A DNA stretch of 64,000 bases, from positions 281,852,001 to 281,916,000 of the forward strand of contig OZ024743.1 of assembly GCA_964016885.1 (NCBI GenBank), given 5' to 3'. The stretch is from Eledone cirrhosa. Its lineage: Eukaryota. The notes below the pieces were generated by a model, which searched no databases, had not been told where the DNA came from, and worked only from the letters and a program-made list of their open reading frames with translations. A program made the position numbers and the translations under genes. Positions 63,946 to 64,000 of the stretch are shown here, piece after piece. Every line of letters begins with the position of its first letter. Position 1 is the first letter of the stretch.

Positions 63946-64000
63946 TATATATATATATATACTTGTTTTGCAAGATTCTTGATGTAAAATCGTGTGTTGA

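Overview
This is eukaryotic, AT-rich, repeat-saturated intergenic or intronic DNA. The microsatellite density and repeat spectrum look like a mollusc, possibly an octopus; that is an unverified inference. I found no convincing intact host gene, and most ORF-track entries are transposon pseudogene fragments or translated microsatellites. Positions 1-20.5 kb and 40.3-46.6 kb are head-to-tail trains of non-LTR retrotransposons joined almost entirely through (ATT)n tracts. They comprise one CR1-clade LINE, seven Tx1/L1-clade copies from at least 2-3 subfamilies (three near full length, all with stops or frameshifts), and two R4/Dong-like fragments in the opposite orientation. About 15 copies of one tRNA-headed SINE are scattered through the window. 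Its 3' end carries the same stem-loop (invariant CUUGU loop, covarying stem) followed by GAAA..ATTATT as the Tx1 elements, and six of six measurable target-site duplications start with ATTAT. This suggests an ATT-targeting Tx1 LINE / partner SINE system and is the top finding. Also present: a GTAAGT donor-like site conserved at the Tx1 ORF1/ORF2 junction, three hammerhead-ribozyme-like motifs, three large inverted repeats (26.3-26.8, 31.8-32.2 and 32.4-34.0 kb), many RTE-clade remnants, a Penelope GIY-YIG remnant, Tc1/mariner- and piggyBac-like MITEs, Helitron ends and a GATC-rich satellite.
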